A program made the position numbers and the translations under genes. The notes under the pieces were generated by a model. It did not search any database and was not told the DNA's origin. It saw only the letters and a list, made by a program, of their open reading frames with translations. From IMG/VR virus record IMGVR_UViG_3300023184_004198, positions 1-64,000 of that record: a DNA stretch of 64,000 nt; one strand, given 5' to 3'. Every line of letters begins with the position of its first letter. Positions within the stretch are counted from its first letter, which is position 1. This document shows, piece after piece, positions 25,586 to 35,700 of the stretch.

Positions 25586-28500
25586 ATGGCACTAGTATCA
25601 CCAGGCGTAGAAGTAACAGTAATTGACGAGAGTCAGTATATCCCTTCTGCTGTCAACACAGTACCCTATTTTTTAATCGCCACAGCACAGAACAAAGCTG
25701 ATGCAGCTGGCGTTGGTGTAGCAGCAGGCACAACCGCTGCCAACGCAAATAAAACTTATCTCATTACCAGTCAGCGAGATTTGGCAGCCACATTTGGTGT
25801 GCCATTCTTTTACAATACCACAACTGGTACCCCCATCAATGGTTACGAACTCAATGAGTACGGTTTGCTGGCAGCATACTCGGCACTGGGTGTTACAAAT
25901 CGTGCTTATGTACAGCGTGTAGACATTGACCTAACCGAACTCACAGCCAGTTTGACTCGTCCCACTGGTAATGCCAACAACGGTACATACTGGTTAGACA
26001 CCAGCACCAGTCTCTGGGGCATTTTTGAGTGGGATCAAACAGCCGCGACATTCACCAATCAAGTGCCTATTGTGATCACAGACACAGCAGATGTGGTAGA
26101 CTATGCTGGCGGAGACTACACACCACTCAGTACCATTGGCAGCATTGGCGACTATGCTGTGAGCGCAGTGAGTTTAAACAATGAAAACTGGTACAAAAAT
26201 ACCAGCAATGATTGGGTATTATTGGGCTCTGATGCATGGAAAAATTCTTGGGCCACAGTACAGGGCACAAATTCAGTGACTGGTAGTGGATTGACCATTG
26301 GTTCTAACATGTACATCAATGGTACATTGGCCACAGTTGGTGCTACCAACACTGTGGCAGGTTTTGCCGCAGTTATCAATGCATTGAACATTACAGGTGT
26401 TACTGCTGCTTCTGTCAGCAACAAACTCACTTTGTATGCAGACAGCGCCGCAACCAATGACGGATCCACAGACAATGGTGGTGTGATCAGTATTCAAACA
26501 GGTACCATTGGCGGTGCTGCATTGTTGACTACTTTGGGTATTGCTGCCATTGAATATCGTGCTCCAAGTTATTTCCCAGGCTATAGTTATCAAGCTCCTC
26601 GTTGGAGAATCACAGATGTAGCACCTGCACCCACAGGATCTGTATGGCAAAATGTCAGCACAGCCAGCACTGGTATGAATTTAAAAATGAAAAAATACAG
26701 TGCTGCATTGGACACCTGGGTAGCACAAAGCACTCCTGCATACGTATATGATGGGGCAGCAAATTATGGACTTGACCCCACAGGTGGTGGTAAAAATATT
26801 CCTGTCGGTAGCACTTATGTGCAATACAACAACGAAGCGTATAACACTACCCCTAACCCCAATGCTACTTTTATGATTCTTGAAAGAATAGCACTGGGCG
26901 CCACTGTTGTCACTGGTGATACAACTCCAGGTAGCAATGGAGACAGTTTGTTCACAAGTGGCAATCAATTTAATATCTTTGCAACCTCAGCAGGAACAGA
27001 TGTCACTGCTGGACCTTACAGCGTGACTTTGAGTGGCACAAGTGTTGCATCATTTATCACCGATGTAAGTGCTGCCAATGTTCCTTATGTGAGTGCCAGT
27101 GTTAACAGTGCTGGGAACATTGTGTTTACACACAGCCAAGGTGGTGCAATTTACCTAGACAACATAACCGGTTCACCAGTTACCACTGCTGGATTTACCA
27201 CAGCCACACCAAAAGTTCGTCAAGATCAATCTGCTGGAATTTTGGTATTGAGCAATTGGGTCACAACTGATTTGTTCAACTATACTGCAAGTGATGTTGC
27301 ACCAGATCAAAATCCAGCTGATGGTCGTTTGTGGTATTACAGCAGTATCAGTGATGTAGACATCATGATTCAGGACAATGGAACATGGCAAGGTTATCAA
27401 AATGTCACAAACGACACTCGTGGTTTTGACTTGACACTGACCAATGCATCTGGTCCTATTATTGCTGCCACAGAACCAATGACACAAAACGATGCAGCTG
27501 AAAGCCCACTGCAATATGGTGATTTGTGGATTGACTCAAGTGATCTTGAAAACTATCCCAAGTTGTATCGTTGGGAACAGGTCAGTGGAACAGATCAATG
27601 GGTCTCAGTTGACACCACAGATCAAATCACATCAAACGGTATTTTATTTGCAGACGCACGTTGGGCACCAAACGGCACAACTGATCCAGTGGCAGATCCA
27701 TTCCCCACAATTGAAAGTTTGTTGATCAGCGATTATTTGGATCTGGATGCACCCGATCCCGCATTGTATCCCCAAGGTATGTTGTTGTTCAACACACGCC
27801 GTTCAGGCTACAATGTCAAGAGTTTCCAAAGCAATTACTTTAATTCAACCACGTTCCCTGACGACACACTGCCTGCGGTGACCAATACCTGGCTCACTGC
27901 ATCAGGCAACAAAGATGACGGGGCTATGTACGCTGGACGGCTGGCACAACGCAAGTTGATTGTGGCTGCCATGAAGTCAGGCATAGACACAAGTTTGGCT
28001 GCACGTGAAGAACAAAATCAATTCAACTTGATTGCTGCACCTGCTTATCCTGAACTGTTGACCAATTTGGTTGCACTCAGCAACGAACGTGCTAACACAC
28101 TGTTTGTTGTGGGCGATACTCCAATGCGTTTGTCAAACAGTGGTACTGATCTAGTAACACATGCTACCAACAACAATGGACTTGGCGTACCAACAGAAGA
28201 TGGATTGACTATTGGTTCAGCCTATGCTGCTGTGTTCTATCCTTCATGTCAGACCACTGACTTGTCAGGCAACACAGTTGTTGCACCACCCACACACATG
28301 ATGGTACGCACAATCCTGCGCAGTGATGCGGTGAGTTATCCATGGTTGGCACCTGCTGGCACACGTCGTGGTGTAGTAGATAATGCTAATGCAATTGGTT
28401 ACATCAATGCACAAACTGGCGAATTCGTGCAGTTGGCTGTGGGTCAAGGTGTACGTGATATATTGTATGAAAACAACATCAACCCAATTACCTTTATTCC

Positions 28501-28882
28501 AGGTATTGGTATCACAAACTTTGGTAACAAAACACGTCAAGGTGCTACCACAGCCCTGGATCGTATCAACGTTGCACGACTGATCTGCTTCTTGCGTGGT
28601 CGCTTAGAAGAAATTGGTAAACTGTATTTGTTTGAACCCAATGATCAAATTACACGCAATGAGATCACCAACACTGTGAACAGTTTGATGATTGACCTTG
28701 TGGCCAAACGTGCTATCTATGACTATTTGGTTGTGTGCGACTTGAGTAACAACACTCCTGCACGTATTGACCGTAATGAGTTGTGGGTCGACGTTGCTAT
28801 TGAACCAGTCAAAGCAGTTGAATTTATCTATATTCCATTGCGTATCAAGAACACTGGAGAAATTTCAGGACTCAATGCTTGA
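25586..28882 (+). CDS. gp18: Contractile tail sheath protein
   Basis: MALVSPGVEVTVIDES...; C-terminal YPWLAPAGTRRG, LYENNINPI, GNKT, ALDRINVARL, FEPND and IEPVKAVEFIYI. Confidence 0.95.
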   Translation: MALVSPGVEVTVIDESQYIPSAVNTVPYFLIATAQNKADAAGVGVAAGTTAANANKTYLITSQRDLAATFGVPFFYNTTTGTPINGYELNEYGLLAAYSALGVTNRAYVQRVDIDLTELTASLTRPTGNANNGTYWLDTSTSLWGIFEWDQTAATFTNQVPIVITDTADVVDYAGGDYTPLSTIGSIGDYAVSAVSLNNENWYKNTSNDWVLLGSDAWKNSWATVQGTNSVTGSGLTIGSNMYINGTLATVGATNTVAGFAAVINALNITGVTAASVSNKLTLYADSAATNDGSTDNGGVISIQTGTIGGAALLTTLGIAAIEYRAPSYFPGYSYQAPRWRITDVAPAPTGSVWQNVSTASTGMNLKMKKYSAALDTWVAQSTPAYVYDGAANYGLDPTGGGKNIPVGSTYVQYNNEAYNTTPNPNATFMILERIALGATVVTGDTTPGSNGDSLFTSGNQFNIFATSAGTDVTAGPYSVTLSGTSVASFITDVSAANVPYVSASVNSAGNIVFTHSQGGAIYLDNITGSPVTTAGFTTATPKVRQDQSAGILVLSNWVTTDLFNYTASDVAPDQNPADGRLWYYSSISDVDIMIQDNGTWQGYQNVTNDTRGFDLTLTNASGPIIAATEPMTQNDAAESPLQYGDLWIDSSDLENYPKLYRWEQVSGTDQWVSVDTTDQITSNGILFADARWAPNGTTDPVADPFPTIESLLISDYLDLDAPDPALYPQGMLLFNTRRSGYNVKSFQSNYFNSTTFPDDTLPAVTNTWLTASGNKDDGAMYAGRLAQRKLIVAAMKSGIDTSLAAREEQNQFNLIAAPAYPELLTNLVALSNERANTLFVVGDTPMRLSNSGTDLVTHATNNNGLGVPTEDGLTIGSAYAAVFYPSCQTTDLSGNTVVAPPTHMMVRTILRSDAVSYPWLAPAGTRRGVVDNANAIGYINAQTGEFVQLAVGQGVRDILYENNINPITFIPGIGITNFGNKTRQGATTALDRINVARLICFLRGRLEEIGKLYLFEPNDQITRNEITNTVNSLMIDLVAKRAIYDYLVVCDLSNNTPARIDRNELWVDVAIEPVKAVEFIYIPLRIKNTGEISGLNA

Positions 28883-28887
28883 TCAAA

Positions 28888-28911
28888 AATGACCGGTTTT
28901 GACCGGTCATT
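28888..28911 (+). terminator. Hairpin after the sheath gene
   Basis: AATGACCGGT-tttg-ACCGGTCATT. Confidence 0.6.
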
Positions 28912-28919
28912 GAATTAGG

Positions 28920-28925
28920 TAAATA
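28920..28925 (+). promoter_or_regulatory. Late promoter box TAAATA
   Basis: Upstream of the tube gene SD AGGAG. Confidence 0.65.
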
Positions 28926-28947
28926 AAAACAACAGGAGATATAACAA

Positions 28948-29574
28948 ATGGCAGTTTCATCATTACAGAGAATGACAGTACCCTTGGCAAGTGACCAAAG
29001 CTCACCAACCCAAGGTCTGTTGATGCCCAAGCTCAAATATCGCTTTAGAGTGATGTTTGAAAATTTTGGTGTGAGCACACCAAGAACAGAAATGACCAAG
29101 CAAGTAGTAAGTTTTGCTCGTCCCAATTTGACATTTGACAACATAGAAATTCCAATCTACAATTCAAAATTGAACTTGGCTGGCAAACACACATGGGCAC
29201 CTACTTCATGTGAAATTCGTGACGATGCATCAGGTGCAGTGAGCAAGTTGGTTGGTGAACAACTACAAAAGCAAATGGACTTTTTGGAAATGAGTAGTGC
29301 ATCATCGGGCATTGACTACAAGTTTACAACCAAGGTTGAAATACTTGACGGCGGCAATGGTGCTAACACTCCTGTGGTGCTTGAAACTTGGGAATTGTAC
29401 GGCTGTTACCTTGCTGGCGCTGACTATGGTGCGTTGAACTACAGTGAAAATGCTCCAGTGACAATTACCATGAGCATTGTATACGACAACGCCAACCAGA
29501 CACCAACAGGTACTGGGGTTGGTACTGAAATTGGTAGAACCTTAGGCGATGTGATAACCGGCGCAGGTGTCTAA
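28948..29574 (+). CDS. gp19: Tail tube protein
   Basis: Follows the sheath gene. PKLKYRFRV...ARPNLTF...LAGKHTW...WELYGC...LNYSE...ITMSIVYD gp19 fold pattern. Confidence 0.85.
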   Translation: MAVSSLQRMTVPLASDQSSPTQGLLMPKLKYRFRVMFENFGVSTPRTEMTKQVVSFARPNLTFDNIEIPIYNSKLNLAGKHTWAPTSCEIRDDASGAVSKLVGEQLQKQMDFLEMSSASSGIDYKFTTKVEILDGGNGANTPVVLETWELYGCYLAGADYGALNYSENAPVTITMSIVYDNANQTPTGTGVGTEIGRTLGDVITGAGV

Positions 29575-29576
29575 AC

Positions 29577-30815
29577 ATGTCGTTTTTTGGGCAGGACTTT
29601 CTCAAAGGTATAGACCCAAACTTTGGTGCTAATTTAAAAAATGGTTTCTTAGGCAACAATGTCTTGCGTGACTACCAACACGCAAGTCGCACTTTTACCA
29701 CCAACGCTTACGAACTCAAGCCTCGATACAAGTTTCTCTTCCATGTTAGTTTTACACTTAATCTAGCAGAAGTTCCTTACTTGCGGGGCGCATTTGACAA
29801 TGATGACATAACCAATCTCAGCCTAGCAGTTAAAACCATTGACTTGCCAAAATACAACATTGAAACTGAAACTTTAAATCAGTACAATCGCAAAAGAATC
29901 ATACAGAAAAAACTCAACTATGATCCAATAAGTGTGACTTTTCATGACACCAGTGGTGATTTGATTCGCAAGATGTGGTATTACTACATGAACTATTACT
30001 ACAAAGATTCTTCACAGCGATATCTTGATCCCAACAATACCAATGGAGCCAACGGGTTTGATGCACAACGTCAAGCAGGATTCGGTTACAATGCCAGAGA
30101 CATCTATGCCAAGGAACGTGTGGGCAATGTCAACGACTGGGGATACATTGGCGAAGCATTCAATGACGGAAGCACTGCTGGCGCTGCTGGCGGTAAGCCT
30201 GCATTCTTTAGAGACATAAGAGTCTACGGTATGGACCAACGCAAATTTGCCGAGTATGTGTTGATTAATCCCTTGATTACCAATTGGAGTCACGATCAGT
30301 ACAATTATGCTGAAGGTGGTGGTACCATGCAAAATTCAATGACCATTGCCTACGAAACTGTGAAATACTATTCAGGTGCTGTGGGCAAGGCACAATCGGG
30401 TGGTGATCCCAATGTACAAGGTTTTGCCACAGATGCACACTATGACAAAACACTGAGCCCTATTGCCAGACCAGGCTCAAACGCCACAGTGTTTGGTCAA
30501 GGCGGCTTGTTGGAAACAGGCGCAGGCATCATTGGCGACTTGCAAAGTGGCAGTGTGTTGGGACTCATTGGTGCTGCACAAAAAGCCGGGCGACTCAACC
30601 AAACATTCAAAGGTAAAAATCTTGCTGCCATTGCCAAGAGCGAGGCTGTGGCGCTGGGCACTCAGACTCTGCAACAAGGTTTGCCTGCCGCCACAAGAGC
30701 AGTGGCTAACAAGGCTGATGGTTGGATATTCCCCACACAAACGTTTAATAGAAACAACACAGGTACCAATCAAACACAGGCAGAGACCAATAGATTATTA
30801 AATACAAGACGATGA
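29577..30815 (+). CDS. Tube-fold baseplate protein (gp54/gp48-like)
   Basis: AVKTIDLPKYNIETETLNQYNRKR...YDPISVTFHD...ITNWSHDQYNY...MTIAYE, a second gp19-like fold. Confidence 0.65.
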   Translation: MSFFGQDFLKGIDPNFGANLKNGFLGNNVLRDYQHASRTFTTNAYELKPRYKFLFHVSFTLNLAEVPYLRGAFDNDDITNLSLAVKTIDLPKYNIETETLNQYNRKRIIQKKLNYDPISVTFHDTSGDLIRKMWYYYMNYYYKDSSQRYLDPNNTNGANGFDAQRQAGFGYNARDIYAKERVGNVNDWGYIGEAFNDGSTAGAAGGKPAFFRDIRVYGMDQRKFAEYVLINPLITNWSHDQYNYAEGGGTMQNSMTIAYETVKYYSGAVGKAQSGGDPNVQGFATDAHYDKTLSPIARPGSNATVFGQGGLLETGAGIIGDLQSGSVLGLIGAAQKAGRLNQTFKGKNLAAIAKSEAVALGTQTLQQGLPAATRAVANKADGWIFPTQTFNRNNTGTNQTQAETNRLLNTRR

Positions 30816-31171
30816 GCACTGTAAATTATAATAATCCCAATGTAGATTTGACTGTTAAAGTTTTTGATCGATTCTATGCTTATGAAGCCAATGTGCCTGC
30901 GGCAGAGTATGATATTGTGTACAGTTATTTTTTGAGTGTGATGAGCACTCGTCAGGCTGCCGGCAACTTCACTGTGAGTTTGTTTAGAGTGGCAGAAAAT
31001 ACCGGCATATCACCTCTGACATTGTTGGATGAATTCAAAGGCACAAATGGCATAAATCTCAGCGCCAGTTTGGCTTATTATCTCAATGCTGTGCGCAGTG
31101 CTGCCACACTGTTGGGTGTGGGTGTTGCAGTGGTACCTAACTTTTATCAGGCTAGAAACGTACTGCTATGA
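30812..31171 (+). CDS. Hypothetical structural-module protein
   Basis: 119 aa, with TAAATA at 30799-30804 upstream. Confidence 0.55.
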   Translation: MSTVNYNNPNVDLTVKVFDRFYAYEANVPAAEYDIVYSYFLSVMSTRQAAGNFTVSLFRVAENTGISPLTLLDEFKGTNGINLSASLAYYLNAVRSAATLLGVGVAVVPNFYQARNVLL

Positions 31172-31599
31172 GTCGTTGGGCGCAAGGCAACTATGTCATA
31201 ATAAATCGTGAAAAGTACGCAGGCAACGGCACACCGCGTTACAGATCAGGTTGGGAACTGAGTTTTATGAAATTTTGCGACACCAATGATCATGTGTTGC
31301 AATGGGCAAGCGAAAGTATTGCTATTCCATATCGTCATCCCATTACAGGCAAGGTCACACAGTATATTCCAGATTTTTTGATCACTTATCGCAACAGGGA
31401 CAACACTGTGCGAGCAGAGTTGATTGAGATCAAACCCAAAAGTCAAAGTGTAATTGAGTCAAAGATGAACAGCAGAGATCGTGCTGTGGTAGCCATCAAT
31501 TATGCCAAGTGGGACGCCGCTACCAAATGGGCTAGAAAAAACGGCCTGACTTTTAGAGTGATCACAGAAACCGATATGTTTCACAACGGTCGTGCTTGA
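31168..31599 (+). CDS. gp4: Head completion nuclease, gp4-like (TnsA-N fold)
   Basis: YRSGWELSFMKFCD...WASESIAIPY...YIPDF...LIEIKPKSQ...NYAKWDAA...FRVITE. Confidence 0.9.
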   Translation: MSRWAQGNYVIINREKYAGNGTPRYRSGWELSFMKFCDTNDHVLQWASESIAIPYRHPITGKVTQYIPDFLITYRNRDNTVRAELIEIKPKSQSVIESKMNSRDRAVVAINYAKWDAATKWARKNGLTFRVITETDMFHNGRA

Positions 31600-31603
31600 C
31601 CAC

Positions 31604-31609
31604 TAAATA
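31604..31609 (+). promoter_or_regulatory. Late promoter box TAAATA, 4 nt before ATG
   Basis: TAAATA-gggc-ATG (ATG at 31614). Confidence 0.7.
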
Positions 31610-31613
31610 GGGC

Positions 31614-32135
31614 ATGACCCGTAAACTCGAAGAACTTTTTGAATTACCCCCATCTGAACATGCACCAACAGTAGATGCCGGATCCCCACCCCCAGAAGAT
31701 CTGCGTAGCCAATTGCAGACACTGGACGAAAACATAGACAAAATTGATCAGGCCTTGCCAGGTGTACGTGGGCTAGAAGCCAACGACGAAGAAATGGACG
31801 GCCTAGCCGACTTGGCCAAAAGCAGTTACAATGATCTCATGGACCTGGGCATGCAAGTAGATTCAAGATTTGCCAGTGAAATCTTTTCAGTGGCATCAAA
31901 CATGCTAGGTCACGCCATCACAGCAAAAACTGCCAAAATGGACAAAAAACTCAAAATGATTGATCTACAGTTGAAGAAGATGCGACTGGACCAACAACAA
32001 GCGGCAATGGATGCCAAAGCAGCAGAAGCAGGCGGCGGCGAAGCCATGCAAACTGCACAAGGCATGGTGTTGAGCCGCAATGATCTTTTGGAACGTTTGT
32101 TGGCCAGCAAAGATCAAAAAGATAAAAAAGAATAA
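31614..32135 (+). CDS. Probable terminase small subunit (gp16-like)
   Basis: 173 aa helical protein with an acidic N-terminus, coiled coil and terminal SRNDLL motif. The assignment rests on overall pattern only. Confidence 0.45.
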   Translation: MTRKLEELFELPPSEHAPTVDAGSPPPEDLRSQLQTLDENIDKIDQALPGVRGLEANDEEMDGLADLAKSSYNDLMDLGMQVDSRFASEIFSVASNMLGHAITAKTAKMDKKLKMIDLQLKKMRLDQQQAAMDAKAAEAGGGEAMQTAQGMVLSRNDLLERLLASKDQKDKKE

Positions 32136-32155
32136 ATATGTTACAGGAACCTGAT

Positions 32156-32764
32156 ATGAAAAATTTTGCCCATTACCTCGCCGAAAGCGAACGTACATAC
32201 AACTATCGTATCAAAATACTGGGCAAACCGTCCGGTGATTTGGTATCGCAGTTGAAGAAAAAGTTGGATCAATTTGATCCTGTTAAAATGAGTGATCCTC
32301 GTACCACTCCTATACAGATCATTCCCACTGACTTTCCCAACAACAAAAATGACTCAGTAACAATGTTTGACGTGAGTTTCAAGTATCCAGCCATTGAACC
32401 ACAGATCAAACAACTAGCACAGTTGCTGGGACTTGACCCCAATCACATCATCATGCAGACCACACCACACGTGGATGGCCTGGTAGATGAGTATGAAAAA
32501 ATTGATGCTGAAAACAAAGACTTGTTGGGTGACACAGACTATCCTGCTCCTGACGCAGAACAAAAGGCATTGAAGAAAGACTACTCAACTGGTCCTTATG
32601 ATCATGCTGTGTTGAAAAATGCGTACCGTTCAGATTTCACCGTGGCTGGCGGCAAAACACCCGCAGCCAAAACCACAAATGATATTCCAACGGGCAATAA
32701 AAGCCCAATGAGCAAGATCACTCGTCCACCCAAGCCAGCCACTGGCGCTAACCCAAGAGGATAA
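32156..32764 (+). CDS. Probable head-associated protein with CTS-like N-terminus
   Basis: TAAATA at 32133-38 and SD AGGA put the start at MKNFAHYLAE. Confidence 0.55.
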   Translation: MKNFAHYLAESERTYNYRIKILGKPSGDLVSQLKKKLDQFDPVKMSDPRTTPIQIIPTDFPNNKNDSVTMFDVSFKYPAIEPQIKQLAQLLGLDPNHIIMQTTPHVDGLVDEYEKIDAENKDLLGDTDYPAPDAEQKALKKDYSTGPYDHAVLKNAYRSDFTVAGGKTPAAKTTNDIPTGNKSPMSKITRPPKPATGANPRG

Positions 32765-32769
32765 TACAA

Positions 32770-35700
32770 ATGAGTTTCTTTTACGATTTAAACAAAAAAC
32801 TAGACGCCATCCGCCAAACACCAAGCAAGACACATGGTCAATTGAATGAGCGTGATATGGGCAAACACAACAATGCCACCACAGGGTTCAAAGCATTGGC
32901 TGACAAAGCCGGCAAAGAATACGGCAGCAAGGCTGCTGGTGAGCGTGTGGCTGGTGCTGTCAAAGCCAAGATGGCCAAGGCCGGCAAACTAGAAGAAGAA
33001 GAAGGCATGAGCCGTGCTGCCAAAGGTTATGAAAAGTACGGCAAAAAAGGTATGGAAGCGTTGGCCAAAGCCGGACGTGAAGGCAAAGCACTAGACCCTG
33101 TTAGAAAAAAATACGACAAGTATGACAATAAAGAAGTGTCTGAAGACTTTGGTCCAGGTACTGCAGGTCGTAACAGAAATCAAGCAGGCCCAGAGTATTC
33201 CTTCAGCCCAGATACTAAAAACTATAAGACTCCAAATCTTGATAGAAATACTGAAATAGACCGAAAAGGATATGTGACAGATTGGAACAAAGAGATTGTC
33301 AACACAACAATGGGTCCGGATACTCGCGGTAACCAAGCACACATTGGTGCATATACGTCTGATGGTCAAGGTCAAACCAAATATGTAGACAGAACAACAC
33401 CTGGTGTTATCAACAAAATCAAAGACAAACTGGGTTGGGACATGCCTGATCCAGCATATGGTCCAAGACCAGACGAAACACAACGTTTAGCCAAACGTTA
33501 TCCCAAGCCAACACAAGAAAGTGGTGGGCCTGCTCCTGCAAAATCAATGGTTGACAAGCAAGCATCCACAGCAGGACGTACTCCGCCATATGTGCCTCCC
33601 AAGGCCAGCAAGCCAGCCCCCAAGGACAACGGCATGGGTCGTATTGTGCAAGGTACATGGCAAGCAGACCCCAAAGGAACAGTTAAAGCACCTAGTGGTG
33701 ATCCTGAAGGCGTACCAGAATCTAGTGCTCCAATGACACCCAAACAAAAGTCATTTGCCAAGCTGGCACCACCTGCAGACAAAATCACTTTTGCTGACAA
33801 GATTGCTGGCGCCAAAAAAGAAGTTGACGAAATGCTGGGCGATGTGGCTGCTGAGGCAATGAGAGCCGCGCTGGGCAAAGGCAAGCAAACTGTTCAAGGC
33901 ATGGCCGAAGATCAACCCACACATTTTGAAGTGCATTACAAAGACAATCAAAAAGGCCGTACAGCAAAAACCAAAGTCAAAGGGTCTGATGCCAAACAAG
34001 CAAAAGCAGCTTGGAATGACTGGAACAGCAGCAACACACCAGGCCGTTTTACTTTTGTGGCAGTAAAACCTGTGGCCGCTGAGATGGACGAAGGCAATGC
34101 ATTTGACTACAAGTCACCAAGAGATGCTGCACCCAAGGTTGGTAGTGTTGAACGTGGCCACAAGCACGACATTGAGCACACAGCCACAGGTCGTAAAGTC
34201 ACACGCCGTGTGGATGACCAAGGTCATTCAGTTGGTGCCGACGACGAAACAGATACACAACAAGGACCACGTGGACGTGGACGTCCAAAAGGCACTAAAG
34301 GTGCTATTGGTGCCAAAGGCCCGTCAGGTCGTTCTAAGTTGATGACCAAAGAAGGCGATCAAGACATCACTGACCAAGGTGAATACGATCAAGAAGGCGA
34401 CATGGCCAAAGACGACATCAAGACCATTGTGCGTCATGCACAGGCCTTGAGCCGAGTATTAGGCGACAACGACAACTTGCCAGAATGGGTACAATCAAAA
34501 CTGGCCAAGATTGAAGGCATGATGATCAGCATTGACGAGTACATGCAGAATCAAGCCAGCGATGATAGTGAAGAAGAACCCATTGCTGAAAAAGCAGTGA
34601 GCAAGAAACAACAACGTTTCATGGGCATGGTTCACGCAGCACAAAAAGGTGAAAAGCCTGCCAGCAAAGAAGTTGGCAAAGTGGCCAAAACCATGAAGAA
34701 AAAAGATGCTGAAGATTTTGCCAGCACCAAGCACAAAGGCTTGCCTGAAAAAGTCAAGAGCAAAAAGAAAGAAGAAGTTGATGAAAACTCTGAAGAAGGC
34801 AGATTGATTACTAAACAAACTGGTCCAGGACAGACTTCAACTAGTTCAACCACTGGCCGAGTCAGTGCCACAATGGACAAAGGCCAAGTCACTGTTAAAC
34901 CAGCCAAGTCTGGCGGCGTCAGTTACGGCAAAGGCATTTACGACTCAATGAATCGTGAATTAGAACTGATGATTGCTGAATCAATGAGCGTGAACATGAG
35001 CGACTCAACAGAAGGCAACAAGAGTCTGACTGTTACAGCCACAGATGACGATGCAATGAAACTGGCTATGATACTTAAATCAGCAGGCCTTGGTGGCGGC
35101 GACGCACACTCACACGGCGAAGAAGCATGTGATACCTGCGGCATGACAGATTGTGGTTGCGGTGATGTACAAGAAGCGGTGGATGAAAATGCTCCTGATT
35201 GGCCCACCAACACTGAACAGGCTGACAGCAACTTTGGTTATGCTGGTGGATTGAACAAGCCCAAAGCAGACATTGCTGGCGATGGACAATCAACTGTGCC
35301 TGTTGTGGCTACCCGTCCACACAATGATGATCTACGCAGAATCAGAGAAATGGCTGGGATCAAAAATGAAGAACACATTGATCTAGGACCAACATCTCCT
35401 GAAGTTGCTGCCATGTCAAAAGACGAAGTTGATGCTGCATTGAGATTAGGAATGAGCCCAGATATTTCTGGCATGGATCCCGACGAAGTAAATGCACAAT
35501 TTGGCGATAGCAACGATACCCAGTACGAAGACAGCATTCAACGCATGCGTGAAATGGCCGGTATCAAAGAATGGGAAGTTAAACTAGACTCACCACCAAG
35601 AACTGGTGCTTATCCACACGAACTGTATGGCAAAGATAGAGAGAGATATGATGCTGTACAAACAGGATCTGGCCCAGAAAGTCAGAAAGTGCAACAATAC

